64,000 nucleotides of DNA from Bacteroidales bacterium (lineage in GTDB: Bacteria > Bacteroidota > Bacteroidia > Bacteroidales > GWA2-32-17). This document shows positions 9,014 through 18,486 of the stretch, piece after piece. The first letter of the stretch is position 1. Every line of letters starts with the position of its first letter. Under the pieces are notes generated by a model that searched no databases, was not told the origin of the DNA, and was given only the letters and a program-made list of their open reading frames with translations. The position numbers and the translations under genes are program-made. The stretch lies in the NCBI GenBank assembly GCA_026416095.1, contig JAOAFV010000017.1, positions 64,146 through 128,145 of the forward strand, read 5' to 3'.

Positions 9014-10429
9014 ATGAATAAAAAAATTCAAACATTAAAATATGTAATACACGATTTTTTGGCAGCAGAAATTTCTTGGGTAATTTTTAATTGGTATAGA
9101 AAAGCTGTAATAGAAACCGAAAGATTTGGATATCCTATTTCTTTTGTACCCGATACTAAATTTTATTATTCCATTATAATTATTCCATTATTTTGGATTT
9201 TTTTATATTACCTTTCCGGATATTACAACGATATATATCGTAAGTCGAGATTAAAAGAATTATGGAACACTTTTTACATTACTCTAATTGGAGTAATTTT
9301 AATTTTTCTTGTGCTCTTACTTGACGACTATATTAAAACATATAAAGATTACTATAGGATTATTAGCACACTATTTTTTTTACAATTTTTTACTACTTAC
9401 ATACCACGTGTTATTAAAACCACTATTACAAATAACAAAATTAAAAAGAGAAAAATAGGATTTAATACTGCAATAATTGGGTGTAATAAAGAAGCAATTA
9501 GGTTGTATCAAGAATTTGAATCGTCTCCTTTTGGAACAGGAAACAATTTTGTTGGATTTATTAGTATAACAGACAAAGAGAAGTTTCATTTTGAAAAATA
9601 TTTACCGTATTTAGGGAATATTAATAATCTTCCGGAAATTATCGACAAAAACAAAATAGAAGAAATTATTATAGCAATTGAAACAAAAGAACACGAACAA
9701 ATTTATAACATTATTAACAAAATTGAATATAAAAACGTAGTTATTAAAATAATACCATCGTTATACGACATTTTATTTGGTAACGTTGCTTTAGCAACAC
9801 CATACACATCACCGCTTATACAGGTAAAAACACAACCGATGTCGGCGTTTGAATGGAATATGAAAAGAGTTTTTGATATTACTTTTTCTGTAATTGCAAT
9901 AATACTCTTAATACCTTTATACATATTTCTTGCTTTAGGGGTAAAATTTTCATCGAAAGGTGGAATTATCTATAAACAGGAAAGAATTGGACGATTTGGT
10001 AAACCTTTTAAAATATACAAGTTCAGAAGTATGTATATTGATGCCGAAAAAAACGGACCTGCTCTATCGTCAAAAAACGATCCAAGAGTTACTCCTTTTG
10101 GAAGATTTATGCGTAAGTGGCGACTCGATGAAACACCCCAGTTCTTTAACGTTTTAAAAAACGACATGTCGCTTGTGGGACCAAGGCCCGAACGTAAGTA
10201 TTTCATTGAACAAATAGTAAAAAAGGCTCCTCATTTTACTCGTTTATTAAAAGTAAAACCTGGAATAACATCGTGGGGGCAAGTTAAATTTGGTTATGCC
10301 GAAAATGTCGATGAAATGATAGAAAGATTAAAATACGATTTAATATATTTAGAAAATATGTCATTATATGAAGATTTTAAAATTCTTATATTTACGTTTC
10401 TAATTCTTATAAAAGGGAAAGGTAAGTAG
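9014..10429 (+). CDS. Polyprenyl-phosphate glycosylphosphotransferase (WbaP-like bacterial sugar transferase, priming enzyme)
   Basis: N-terminal TM segments are followed by a C-terminal bacterial sugar transferase domain: KRVFDITFSVIAIILLIPL...YKQERIG..GKPFKIYKFRSM...DPRVTPFGRFMRKWRLDETPQFFNVLKNDMSLVGPRPE. Confidence 0.9.
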   Translation: MNKKIQTLKYVIHDFLAAEISWVIFNWYRKAVIETERFGYPISFVPDTKFYYSIIIIPLFWIFLYYLSGYYNDIYRKSRLKELWNTFYITLIGVILIFLVLLLDDYIKTYKDYYRIISTLFFLQFFTTYIPRVIKTTITNNKIKKRKIGFNTAIIGCNKEAIRLYQEFESSPFGTGNNFVGFISITDKEKFHFEKYLPYLGNINNLPEIIDKNKIEEIIIAIETKEHEQIYNIINKIEYKNVVIKIIPSLYDILFGNVALATPYTSPLIQVKTQPMSAFEWNMKRVFDITFSVIAIILLIPLYIFLALGVKFSSKGGIIYKQERIGRFGKPFKIYKFRSMYIDAEKNGPALSSKNDPRVTPFGRFMRKWRLDETPQFFNVLKNDMSLVGPRPERKYFIEQIVKKAPHFTRLLKVKPGITSWGQVKFGYAENVDEMIERLKYDLIYLENMSLYEDFKILIFTFLILIKGKGK

Positions 10430-10430
10430 T

Positions 10431-10838
10431 ATGTTTGAAAATATTGGTATAAAAGTAAATGGTATAATATCACTTACAGCCGAAGAAGCATTTAGAATTT
10501 CAGAAAATTCAATTTTTGTTGACATAAGAGAAGAGTACATAAGTAGTTATAAAACTTTCAATGTTCCTTTTTTATTAAACTTACCTCTTAGCAAAATTGA
10601 AGAGTGGAAAAATAATTTACCACACGATAAGCAAATTATAATCTGTGATACTTGTGGTATTTATTGTAGAGAAGTTGCTCAAAAATTAATAAGTATGGGG
10701 TACGAAAATATTGCCGTTTTAGGTGGTGGAATAGTAGAATGGGAAAAGAACAATTTTCCAATAATTAAAGATATTAGTCGGCAACTCGATGGAGGTTGTC
10801 CGTGTCAGTTAAGATATCGTCATAAAGGCACCTCATGA
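10431..10838 (+). CDS. Rhodanese-like domain protein
   Basis: 135 aa with a rhodanese fold pattern and an active-site-loop-like CDTCGIYCREVA. The 3' end overlaps the convergent cca gene by 19 nt. Confidence 0.7.
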   Translation: MFENIGIKVNGIISLTAEEAFRISENSIFVDIREEYISSYKTFNVPFLLNLPLSKIEEWKNNLPHDKQIIICDTCGIYCREVAQKLISMGYENIAVLGGGIVEWEKNNFPIIKDISRQLDGGCPCQLRYRHKGTS

Positions 10839-12235
10839 AACTCCAATCCTTTTTCTTTAGCTATTTTCTTTAAATATTCAATTGCTGAGTTACGATCATT
10901 ACTAATAACACCATCCAGAATTGCATTTTTAATTGAGTCCTTCAACTCACCAACAATTTTACATGGTGGTAATTTAAACCATTTCATTATTTCGTCTCCT
11001 CTTACTGGAGGCTGAAAATTTCTTATTTTATCTTTTAATTCAACCTCTTTTATTTTTTCTCTCAATTTTTTTAAATTATTTAAGTAAGTATTCATTTTGA
11101 CCTCGTTTTTAGTTGTAATATCCGACTCAGCAAGCAGTAATAAATCTTCAATATCGTCACCTGCGTCATATATTAATCTTCTAATTGCTGAGTCTGTTAT
11201 TTCATCGCAAACAAGCGAAATAGGTCTTAAATGCAAAAGCACAAGCTTTTTTACATAATTCAATTTATCGTGTAAGGGCATTTTAAGTCTTCTAAAAATT
11301 TTTTCTACAAGAATTGCCCCTTGTACTTCGTGTCCATGAAACGACCATTTTTTTTCTTCTGTAAACTGTTTGGTAGGATACTTGCCGATATCATGTAACA
11401 GACCAGCCCATAACAACCATAACTTATCGGATTTAGCTCTTAAATTATCAACAACTTTAATTGTATGATAAAAATTATCTTTATGGCTTATACCTTCTTG
11501 AACTTCAACACCATGAAGCACATCTACTTCTGGCAAAATTATTTTTAATAAACCCGATTTAAATAATAAAAGCAATCCTATTGAGGGTTTATCGGACAAA
11601 AGTATTTTATTCAATTCTTCAACTATTCTTTCAGAAGAAACAATTTTTATTCGTTCAACATTCCTTTTTATTCCATTAAATGTTTGGTTATCTATATGAA
11701 AATTTAACTGAGAAGCAAATCTTATTGCTCTTAGCATTCTAAGCGGATCGTCTGAAAAAGTTATATCAGCATTTGTAGGTGTTCGTATTATTTTATTTTT
11801 TAAGTCTTCGACTCCATTAAAATAATCAATAATTTCACCATAATTATCGTTTTTTAAGGATACAGCTAATGCATTTATTGTAAAATCTCTCCTAAGAAGG
11901 TCATCTTCCAATGTACCAGGTTCAACCTGAGGTTTCCGCGAGTTGATGCTATAACTTTCTTTTCTTGCACCAACTATTTCTATTTCATAATTTTTATAGG
12001 TCAAATGAGCTGTACCATAATTCTTAAAGATACTTATATTTTTTACATTTAACATTTTACCAACTATTTCGGCAAAGTTAGGTCCGTTACCAATAACAAC
12101 TATATCTATATCTTTACTTTTACGGTTCAATAACATATCTCTAACATAGCCACCAACTAAATAAATTTCAACATTATTTATATGAGCAATTTGTGCTATT
12201 TGATTTATTATAGGATCGGCAATTTGTATTTTCAT
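10820..12235 (-). CDS. cca: CCA-adding tRNA nucleotidyltransferase with HD domain (poly(A) polymerase/CCA family)
   Basis: GGYVRDMLL...SKDIDIVV nucleotidyltransferase head, RDFTINA, and an HD motif LLHDIGK. Confidence 0.8.
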   Translation of the reverse strand: MKIQIADPIINQIAQIAHINNVEIYLVGGYVRDMLLNRKSKDIDIVVIGNGPNFAEIVGKMLNVKNISIFKNYGTAHLTYKNYEIEIVGARKESYSINSRKPQVEPGTLEDDLLRRDFTINALAVSLKNDNYGEIIDYFNGVEDLKNKIIRTPTNADITFSDDPLRMLRAIRFASQLNFHIDNQTFNGIKRNVERIKIVSSERIVEELNKILLSDKPSIGLLLLFKSGLLKIILPEVDVLHGVEVQEGISHKDNFYHTIKVVDNLRAKSDKLWLLWAGLLHDIGKYPTKQFTEEKKWSFHGHEVQGAILVEKIFRRLKMPLHDKLNYVKKLVLLHLRPISLVCDEITDSAIRRLIYDAGDDIEDLLLLAESDITTKNEVKMNTYLNNLKKLREKIKEVELKDKIRNFQPPVRGDEIMKWFKLPPCKIVGELKDSIKNAILDGVISNDRNSAIEYLKKIAKEKGLEFHEVPL

Positions 12236-12340
12236 AACTCTGCAAAGTTACTTATTTTGTTTAAAACTCAGTAAAATATGTAAAAATGTTTGATAAAATC
12301 GTTTTTTAACACAAACCTCTTGCTTAAAAATAATATTTAT

Positions 12341-12348
12341 TAATTTTG
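12341..12348 (+). promoter_or_regulatory. -7 box (TAATTTTG) for mce
   Basis: The motif is 30 nt upstream of ATG 12379 and is embedded in an 18-bp perfect palindrome (12343..12360). Confidence 0.5.
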
Positions 12349-12378
12349 TAATTACAAAATACTTAAATATACCAAAGT

Positions 12379-12780
12379 ATGAAAATCAAAAATATTGAAC
12401 ATATTGGTATAGCTATAAACAATCTTGAAGAATCTATACCATTATTTGAAAAAATTCTTGGTGTAAAATGTTATGCTATTGAAGAAGTAAAAGACCAAAA
12501 AGTTAAAACTGCTTTTTTTAAGATTGGCGAAACAAAAATTGAGCTCTTAGAGAGTACCGATCCCGACGGACCAATATCAAAGTTTATAGAAAAAAGAGGA
12601 CAAGGAGTTCATCATATTGCATTTAAAGTAGAAAACTTACACGAAGCACTAAAAGAAATGGAAAATAATAATATTCAATTAATCGACAAAGAACCCCGAA
12701 AGGGAGCAGAAAGCTTGAACATAGCATTTTTGCACCCAAAATCTACTAATGGAGTATTAATTGAGCTTTGCGAAGAATAA
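12379..12780 (+). CDS. mce: Methylmalonyl-CoA epimerase (VOC/glyoxalase-fold)
   Basis: 133 aa. IEHIGIAINNLEE...KTAFFKIGETKIELLE...GQGVHHIAFKV...IAFLHPKSTNGVLIELCE is the typical epimerase layout. Confidence 0.8.
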   Translation: MKIKNIEHIGIAINNLEESIPLFEKILGVKCYAIEEVKDQKVKTAFFKIGETKIELLESTDPDGPISKFIEKRGQGVHHIAFKVENLHEALKEMENNNIQLIDKEPRKGAESLNIAFLHPKSTNGVLIELCEE

Positions 12781-12860
12781 AGAATTTATTTTTTCCTTTT
12801 ACTCCTATACTTTAAAAGATAACAAGCATTAAAAACTATAAAAAAATAGGTAGATTATCA

Positions 12861-14870
12861 TTATTTTTTTACGATAACAAATTCTGTTCTTCTGTTTTTA
12901 GCTCTACCTTCTTCGGTATTATTTGTAGCAATAGGGCGATATTGTCCAAATCCTTTAACAGCAACTATTCTTTTCGGGTCGAGCCCATTAAAAATCAGAT
13001 AATCTGCCACTGCTTTTGCCCTTCTTTCGCTTAATTCTTGATTAAATTTTGGATCTCCCACATTATCGGTGTGCCCATGTAATTCTATATAAACGTTCTT
13101 ATTCTCGTTTAAAAATTCCAAAAAATTATCAAGCACAGCTAAGCTTGATTTATTAATTTCTGCACTATTTGTTTCAAAGTAAATATTATTAAGCTCTACT
13201 GTTGTTCCTACCTCTATAGGCTTAACTTCAAAATTAACTTCTATTGGTTTTTCCATATTAATTTCATCTGCCTTAAATAATGCAGAAGTAAAAGCATAAT
13301 CTTTTCTTTTTACCATAACAAGCATTTCATCGTTTGGCTTTTCAACAGGGATTACTACCGAAAATTTTCCGGTTATTTTATCTATTAACGCTTCGGTTGA
13401 TTTTTGTTCTGTAATATTTTTAACAACTACCTTTGCATCGGTTAATACTTCTCCTTCGCTATTTTTTACTTGGCCTCTATAGAATACTACTTGTTTAGGA
13501 CGAGCATTTTCGGGCAAATCGAAATAATAAATATTCCATTTTTTGTTTGGACTTAGTTTAGTAGAAGAAAAAAAAGCCTTCTTACCGTCGGTACTAACGG
13601 TTAAACCAAGTTCATCGTCTTCGGTATTAATTGGGTACCCAATATTTTGAGGTTCGCTCCATTTACCGTCGGCATCAAGTTTGGCAAAATATATATCGTA
13701 ACCACCAAGGCCATAATGACCATCGGATGCAAAGTATAATGTTTGCGAATCGCTATGTATGAAAGGGCTTTTTTCATTACCAGGAGTATTTATTGGTGGC
13801 CCTAAATTTATTGCCGGCAGCCAATTACCATTTTCATCCTTCCGCGACATCCAAATATCGCTTGTATGGGTAGTTGGATCATCAATATTAAAACCTATAT
13901 TGCCCGGTCTGATAGATGCAAAATAAAGCGTTTTGCCATCGGCAGAAATTGATGGCTGGCTTTCCCAACTTCTTCTTCCGTTTATAGAATTCCCAAGATT
14001 CTTCAATGGCGTCCATTTTCCTCCTTCGTTGTACGAGACCCATATATCGCAATTTTGCCCTTCACAAATAGTAACATATAATTGATTGTTATCTATTGTT
14101 ACACAAACTGCTCCCTGATTATAATTTGGATTTTCGTTGAAAGGTGATGGCATTTTCGTTGCATTTTCAAAACATATTTCGCTGGTATTTTTATTGCGTT
14201 CTGCAATGTTAAATAAATCGAAAGTTCTTTGAACTCCTGTTTCATCTATCCCTTTTGTTCTCGCTGTAAAAAAAAGTAATTCTCCATCGGGACTAACATA
14301 TGGTAAAAAATTTTCACTATTTTCTGGAAGACAGTCTACTGGTTTCGGATCAAAAGGTACAGGGTTGTTTTTTAATTTGAAATATATTTCTATATGTTTT
14401 AGCATTTGTTCTGCTTCTCGATAATTTGGATGCATTTTATTTGTGTTCTTTAAAAAAGTATTTAGATATTTTTGAGCCTCTAAGTAATTTTTATCTTGAT
14501 ATAAGTAATAACCTACTTCATAACAAGCTCTATAATTTTCTAAGGATGGACAAGCATTGGCAGATTTTTTATAGTATTCAATTGCTTTATTTTTATAATT
14601 TATTGCTAACGAAGCATTATTAGTACTCTTATAATTTTGTATATTAACATCGGCAAGTATCAAGTATGCTTTAGCAAATTGAGTATCTTCTTTTACCGCC
14701 ATTAATAAATACTTATATGCTAAAGAAGGATTATAGTTGTTATAACTTTTTTTAGCTTCTTCAAAAAAATTACGCGCTTTTCTTGATGGTTCAGGACATT
14801 CGTTTTGATTATATAAACTCTTAAAAATAAACAATAACAAAAAGATTAAAGTTTGCTTATTTTTGTGCAT
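12861..14870 (-). CDS. OmpA-family outer-membrane/peptidoglycan-binding protein with N-terminal TPR and TolB-like PD40 beta-propeller repeats
   Basis: The C-terminal OmpA_C domain reads YFETNSAEI...LHGHTDNVGDPKFNQELSERRAKAV..YL...RTEFVI. Repeated PD40-like units are present (SP..S.DG..L.F.S). The track start at 14876 is TTG; ATG 14870 gives MHKNKQTLIFLLLF. Confidence 0.85.
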   Translation of the reverse strand: MHKNKQTLIFLLLFIFKSLYNQNECPEPSRKARNFFEEAKKSYNNYNPSLAYKYLLMAVKEDTQFAKAYLILADVNIQNYKSTNNASLAINYKNKAIEYYKKSANACPSLENYRACYEVGYYLYQDKNYLEAQKYLNTFLKNTNKMHPNYREAEQMLKHIEIYFKLKNNPVPFDPKPVDCLPENSENFLPYVSPDGELLFFTARTKGIDETGVQRTFDLFNIAERNKNTSEICFENATKMPSPFNENPNYNQGAVCVTIDNNQLYVTICEGQNCDIWVSYNEGGKWTPLKNLGNSINGRRSWESQPSISADGKTLYFASIRPGNIGFNIDDPTTHTSDIWMSRKDENGNWLPAINLGPPINTPGNEKSPFIHSDSQTLYFASDGHYGLGGYDIYFAKLDADGKWSEPQNIGYPINTEDDELGLTVSTDGKKAFFSSTKLSPNKKWNIYYFDLPENARPKQVVFYRGQVKNSEGEVLTDAKVVVKNITEQKSTEALIDKITGKFSVVIPVEKPNDEMLVMVKRKDYAFTSALFKADEINMEKPIEVNFEVKPIEVGTTVELNNIYFETNSAEINKSSLAVLDNFLEFLNENKNVYIELHGHTDNVGDPKFNQELSERRAKAVADYLIFNGLDPKRIVAVKGFGQYRPIATNNTEEGRAKNRRTEFVIVKK

Positions 14871-17694
14871 TTTCAATTAATTTATTTGCCTTGGCCTGTG
14901 CCTCGGCTCTTATTTTGTCGGCTTCTATTTTTGCCATATTTCTTTTGTTCTGTGCCTCTTGCTTCGATTTATTTTCAATCTCAATAGCTTTTTTATTTGC
15001 TTCTTCTCGTATTCTTTTTGCCGATTCTTGAGCAGCTTTTTTTGTTATAGGATTACCAGCTCCCTGTTGTTCTACTTTTTTTGCCTGCTGTTCTGCTTCT
15101 TCTCTAATCTTATTTGCAGCCTCAATTCCGGCTTGTTCAATTTGCCGAGCAGCTTTATCGGCTTCTTCTTCAATAATACGTGCTTTCTCGTTCGCTTCTC
15201 TTATTATCTTTTCTGCTTCTTGCTTAGCTTTATCTAAAGCTTCTTGCTTTACTCTTTGTGCTTCTTCATTTATTTTTTCTTTCGCCTGTTCTTTTATACT
15301 TTGTATAACCTCTTTTTGCATTTCGCCAAAAGTAACTTTTATTTTTGGATTGTTTACGTTATCATAAATATTTATTGCAACCGGTATTTTATCGGGAATC
15401 ACTTTCGTTGCATCTATATTAATTATTTGTTTTGTTTTGCTGGTTAATATAGCCGATGGTAACGAAGTAGTAATGTTATAATTACATGTTAAGTTCATAT
15501 TTTGAGTTCCTTCGAAATAAGCTTCATAATTATTTAATTTTACTTTTTGCTTTTCTATTGTAATGTTACCATTAACAATAACAAATCTTAATAAAATATC
15601 GTTTAAAGCTATGTTTTCAAAACTCTTTAAATCAAATTTCTTTAATAATTCATTGTTTAAAGCCGAATTCTTAATCACAAAGCTTTTTGTGCTAATGGTT
15701 CCCTTTGCATTTAATGTGTTTAAAATAGGATTTAAGTATTTTGTTAACAGCATATCCATTTCTACCATCATATTTAGTTTCCCAGTAGAATTTTTTACAA
15801 AAGGCACAAGTTTACTGACTAAACCAATTGATTTGTCAATTGCAACAACATCAATATTTTTCATGTCGAGCGATGTTCCAATTTTAATAACAGGTTTATA
15901 TTCGTATTTTACACTAAGTTTAACTTCACCGTTAAAAGCTTTTGAGTACAAGTTATTCACTAACAACTTTCCCTCTTTAAGCGAGATAAAAAGTTTTGCA
16001 TCGGTAAATTCTGTTTTATCGTAAATAAGTTTTTTAACCTGACAATTAAAAGTAAAATCAATATTTTCAGGCAATTCAGGAGCCGATAGAGATGAAGTAT
16101 CGTCTGGTGCCGGTTGCGGTGATGCTTTTTGCGCAGAAGTAGATATAAATTCATTCACATTTATTACATTAGAATTCAGCAACAATTCTGCAGTTAGTGG
16201 TTGTTTATCAAACAAATATCCTAAAAAATTTGTTACTTTTCCTCTAAGTTCAAAGTCGCTTTGTTGGGTAACTAACTTTAAATTATTCAACTCAAAATAA
16301 GAAGGAGTGAACATTAAAAGCAACGATGGTATTTTATAAACTTTATTTTCCGTTAAATGCTTATAAACGAAATTGGTTATGTCTATCTTTCCTACAGCAT
16401 TAATATTTTTGAAATTATTAGTAATTACATCATTCAATGTTGCTGAATAAGCAAAGTCAACATTCAATAAGCCAGAAATTTCTGTATTTTCCAAAGGATA
16501 AAATTTTTGAATATTTGCTAAATTAAACGACAAAATTTTTATAATTCCATTAAAATACGGATTAGATACTGGGGTTGATATAAATATATTTGCATTAACG
16601 GGTGTTTTATCGAACAAAGCATAAAATTTTTTTAGATTTATTGTGGTACTGTCTTCATTGCCATTAGAATTAAACACAGAAAGATCTATATTAATATCTT
16701 CGATTGCCGATGGTAGCGTTGAATATTTAATATAACCTTTGTCAATTTTAAGGTTCAAAGCAAAGCCTGGCATAAGAGAATCGTTATAAGTGCCTTTAAT
16801 ATGTCCATTAAATTCTATGTTTCCTTTAGCTATTATATTGTCAAGATTTTTTAAGTAATATTGTGGTACAACTGAAAGAAACGACTTAAAATCGGATTTT
16901 TCGTTTTTAAAATTCAAATTTATATTTATATCGTCGTTAGGTATAGAAATAATACCATCGAAACATATATTGAACGAATTAAGTAATATTTTAGTTTTTG
17001 AAAACGAAAATTCATACTTATCTAAATTCGCCTGAATGTCAGATTGAATATTAAGAATACTATTTTGCAAAACAGTTATATTATCGTATGTTATCGTTAA
17101 TTGCGCACTAACATTATTTTTCAATGTAGTTACCATTTGATCAAGATTTCCGGACGTAATTAAATTTAAACTATCGATCTTAACAAAAACATTTGAAGAA
17201 GTATCGGAATAATTTATGCTTGCATTATTAATCTTAAATTCTTTTAATGATAATTTAAACGAAGATACTGTATCTTCTTCAGTTTTCGTAGTGGTTGTAT
17301 CTTCAATTACTATATCCCAATTTGCTTTACCAAGCTTTGTTACTAATAAGTTAACAAAAGGTTGCTCAACGTAAACTTTTTTTATTTTTATTTGTTCAGA
17401 AAACAAGCTAAAAAGATTAACTGTCGACAAAAACTTTTTTGTATATATCAAGGTATCGTCTCTAAAGTCTTCTTTACCTATTATGGAAAAATCAATTAAT
17501 TCTAATGTTAAATCAGGAAAATTTTTTATTAAACTCAAATTCAAATCAGTAAAATTTAATGAAGCTTTCAAATTTTTGTTAGCTTCTTCCTTAATTAAGT
17601 TAAATATTTTGTTTTTAAATAAAAAAGGAATAAACAGCAACGTAATGAATAAAATTACAATTATTATAACTAAAATTTTCAAAATTTTTTTCAT
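14857..17694 (-). CDS. AsmA-family protein with a long charged coiled-coil C-terminal tail
   Basis: 945 aa with an N-terminal TM anchor (ILVIIIVILFITLLFIPFLF) and a long beta-rich AsmA-like body. The last ~145 aa are E/K/A/Q-rich (KQEALDKAKQEAEKIIREANEKARIIEEEADKAARQIEQAG...). Confidence 0.75.
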   Translation of the reverse strand: MKKILKILVIIIVILFITLLFIPFLFKNKIFNLIKEEANKNLKASLNFTDLNLSLIKNFPDLTLELIDFSIIGKEDFRDDTLIYTKKFLSTVNLFSLFSEQIKIKKVYVEQPFVNLLVTKLGKANWDIVIEDTTTTKTEEDTVSSFKLSLKEFKINNASINYSDTSSNVFVKIDSLNLITSGNLDQMVTTLKNNVSAQLTITYDNITVLQNSILNIQSDIQANLDKYEFSFSKTKILLNSFNICFDGIISIPNDDININLNFKNEKSDFKSFLSVVPQYYLKNLDNIIAKGNIEFNGHIKGTYNDSLMPGFALNLKIDKGYIKYSTLPSAIEDINIDLSVFNSNGNEDSTTINLKKFYALFDKTPVNANIFISTPVSNPYFNGIIKILSFNLANIQKFYPLENTEISGLLNVDFAYSATLNDVITNNFKNINAVGKIDITNFVYKHLTENKVYKIPSLLLMFTPSYFELNNLKLVTQQSDFELRGKVTNFLGYLFDKQPLTAELLLNSNVINVNEFISTSAQKASPQPAPDDTSSLSAPELPENIDFTFNCQVKKLIYDKTEFTDAKLFISLKEGKLLVNNLYSKAFNGEVKLSVKYEYKPVIKIGTSLDMKNIDVVAIDKSIGLVSKLVPFVKNSTGKLNMMVEMDMLLTKYLNPILNTLNAKGTISTKSFVIKNSALNNELLKKFDLKSFENIALNDILLRFVIVNGNITIEKQKVKLNNYEAYFEGTQNMNLTCNYNITTSLPSAILTSKTKQIINIDATKVIPDKIPVAINIYDNVNNPKIKVTFGEMQKEVIQSIKEQAKEKINEEAQRVKQEALDKAKQEAEKIIREANEKARIIEEEADKAARQIEQAGIEAANKIREEAEQQAKKVEQQGAGNPITKKAAQESAKRIREEANKKAIEIENKSKQEAQNKRNMAKIEADKIRAEAQAKANKLIENAQK

Positions 17695-17900
17695 ACAAAC
17701 TTTTTTGCAAATATGGAAGTTTTTTTTGTGTTGTAAAAGTAAATTTAGTAATTACCTTCTTATATTGCAAGTAATTGCTAATAAATTATTTAAATAAAAA
17801 AATAAAAGAATCTGGCAAACAAATTTTTATTTTTTCAATGTAATTTATTTAACGAAAGTGTTCTGAATTTGTGATAATGAGAAAAATAATATAAAATTAG

Positions 17901-17908
17901 TAATTTTG
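17901..17908 (+). promoter_or_regulatory. -7 box (TAATTTTG) for the HD-rtcB operon
   Basis: The motif ends 17 nt upstream of ATG 17926. Confidence 0.5.
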
Positions 17909-17925
17909 TAAAAAAAAATCTTCCA

Positions 17926-18480
17926 ATGAAGAGAGAAGAAGCATTAGAATTGTTGAAACAATACATTAAAAATCCGAAGATGATAGCGCATTGTATAGCA
18001 TCAGAAGCAATTATGAAAAAACTAGCAAAACATTTTAACGAAGACGAAGAAAAATGGGGATTAGCAGGCTTATTGCATGATATTGATGTAGAAATTACAA
18101 ACGGTGAACCTACCATTCATGGACAACAAGCAATAGATATATTAAAGGAACATAACATAGACGAAGAAGTAATAGAAGCTATTTCATTGCATAATGAAGT
18201 TTCGGCAAAACAACCTCGTAGTAAATTACTTCACCATGCTCTTGCAGCAGCCGAAACTATATCGGGGTTAATATTTGCAACAGCTTTGGTGTACCCTTCA
18301 AAGAAAATTAGCGACGTTAAACCATCTTCTGTTATTAAACGTATGAAAGAAAAACGTTTTGCTGCATCGGTAAAACGCGAAAATATAATGGAATGCGAAA
18401 AAACTGGATTGCAATTACAAACATTTGTTGAATTGTCGCTCGACGCCTTAAAAGAAATTGAATCGGAATTAGAAATATAA
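17926..18480 (+). CDS. HD/HDIG-domain metal-dependent phosphohydrolase (small stand-alone type)
   Basis: 184 aa with H...HD motif residues (IAHCIASE..., AGLLHDIDVE) and a downstream LHN. The gene ends 6 nt before rtcB. Confidence 0.75.
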   Translation: MKREEALELLKQYIKNPKMIAHCIASEAIMKKLAKHFNEDEEKWGLAGLLHDIDVEITNGEPTIHGQQAIDILKEHNIDEEVIEAISLHNEVSAKQPRSKLLHHALAAAETISGLIFATALVYPSKKISDVKPSSVIKRMKEKRFAASVKRENIMECEKTGLQLQTFVELSLDALKEIESELEI

Positions 18481-18486
18481 AGTATT

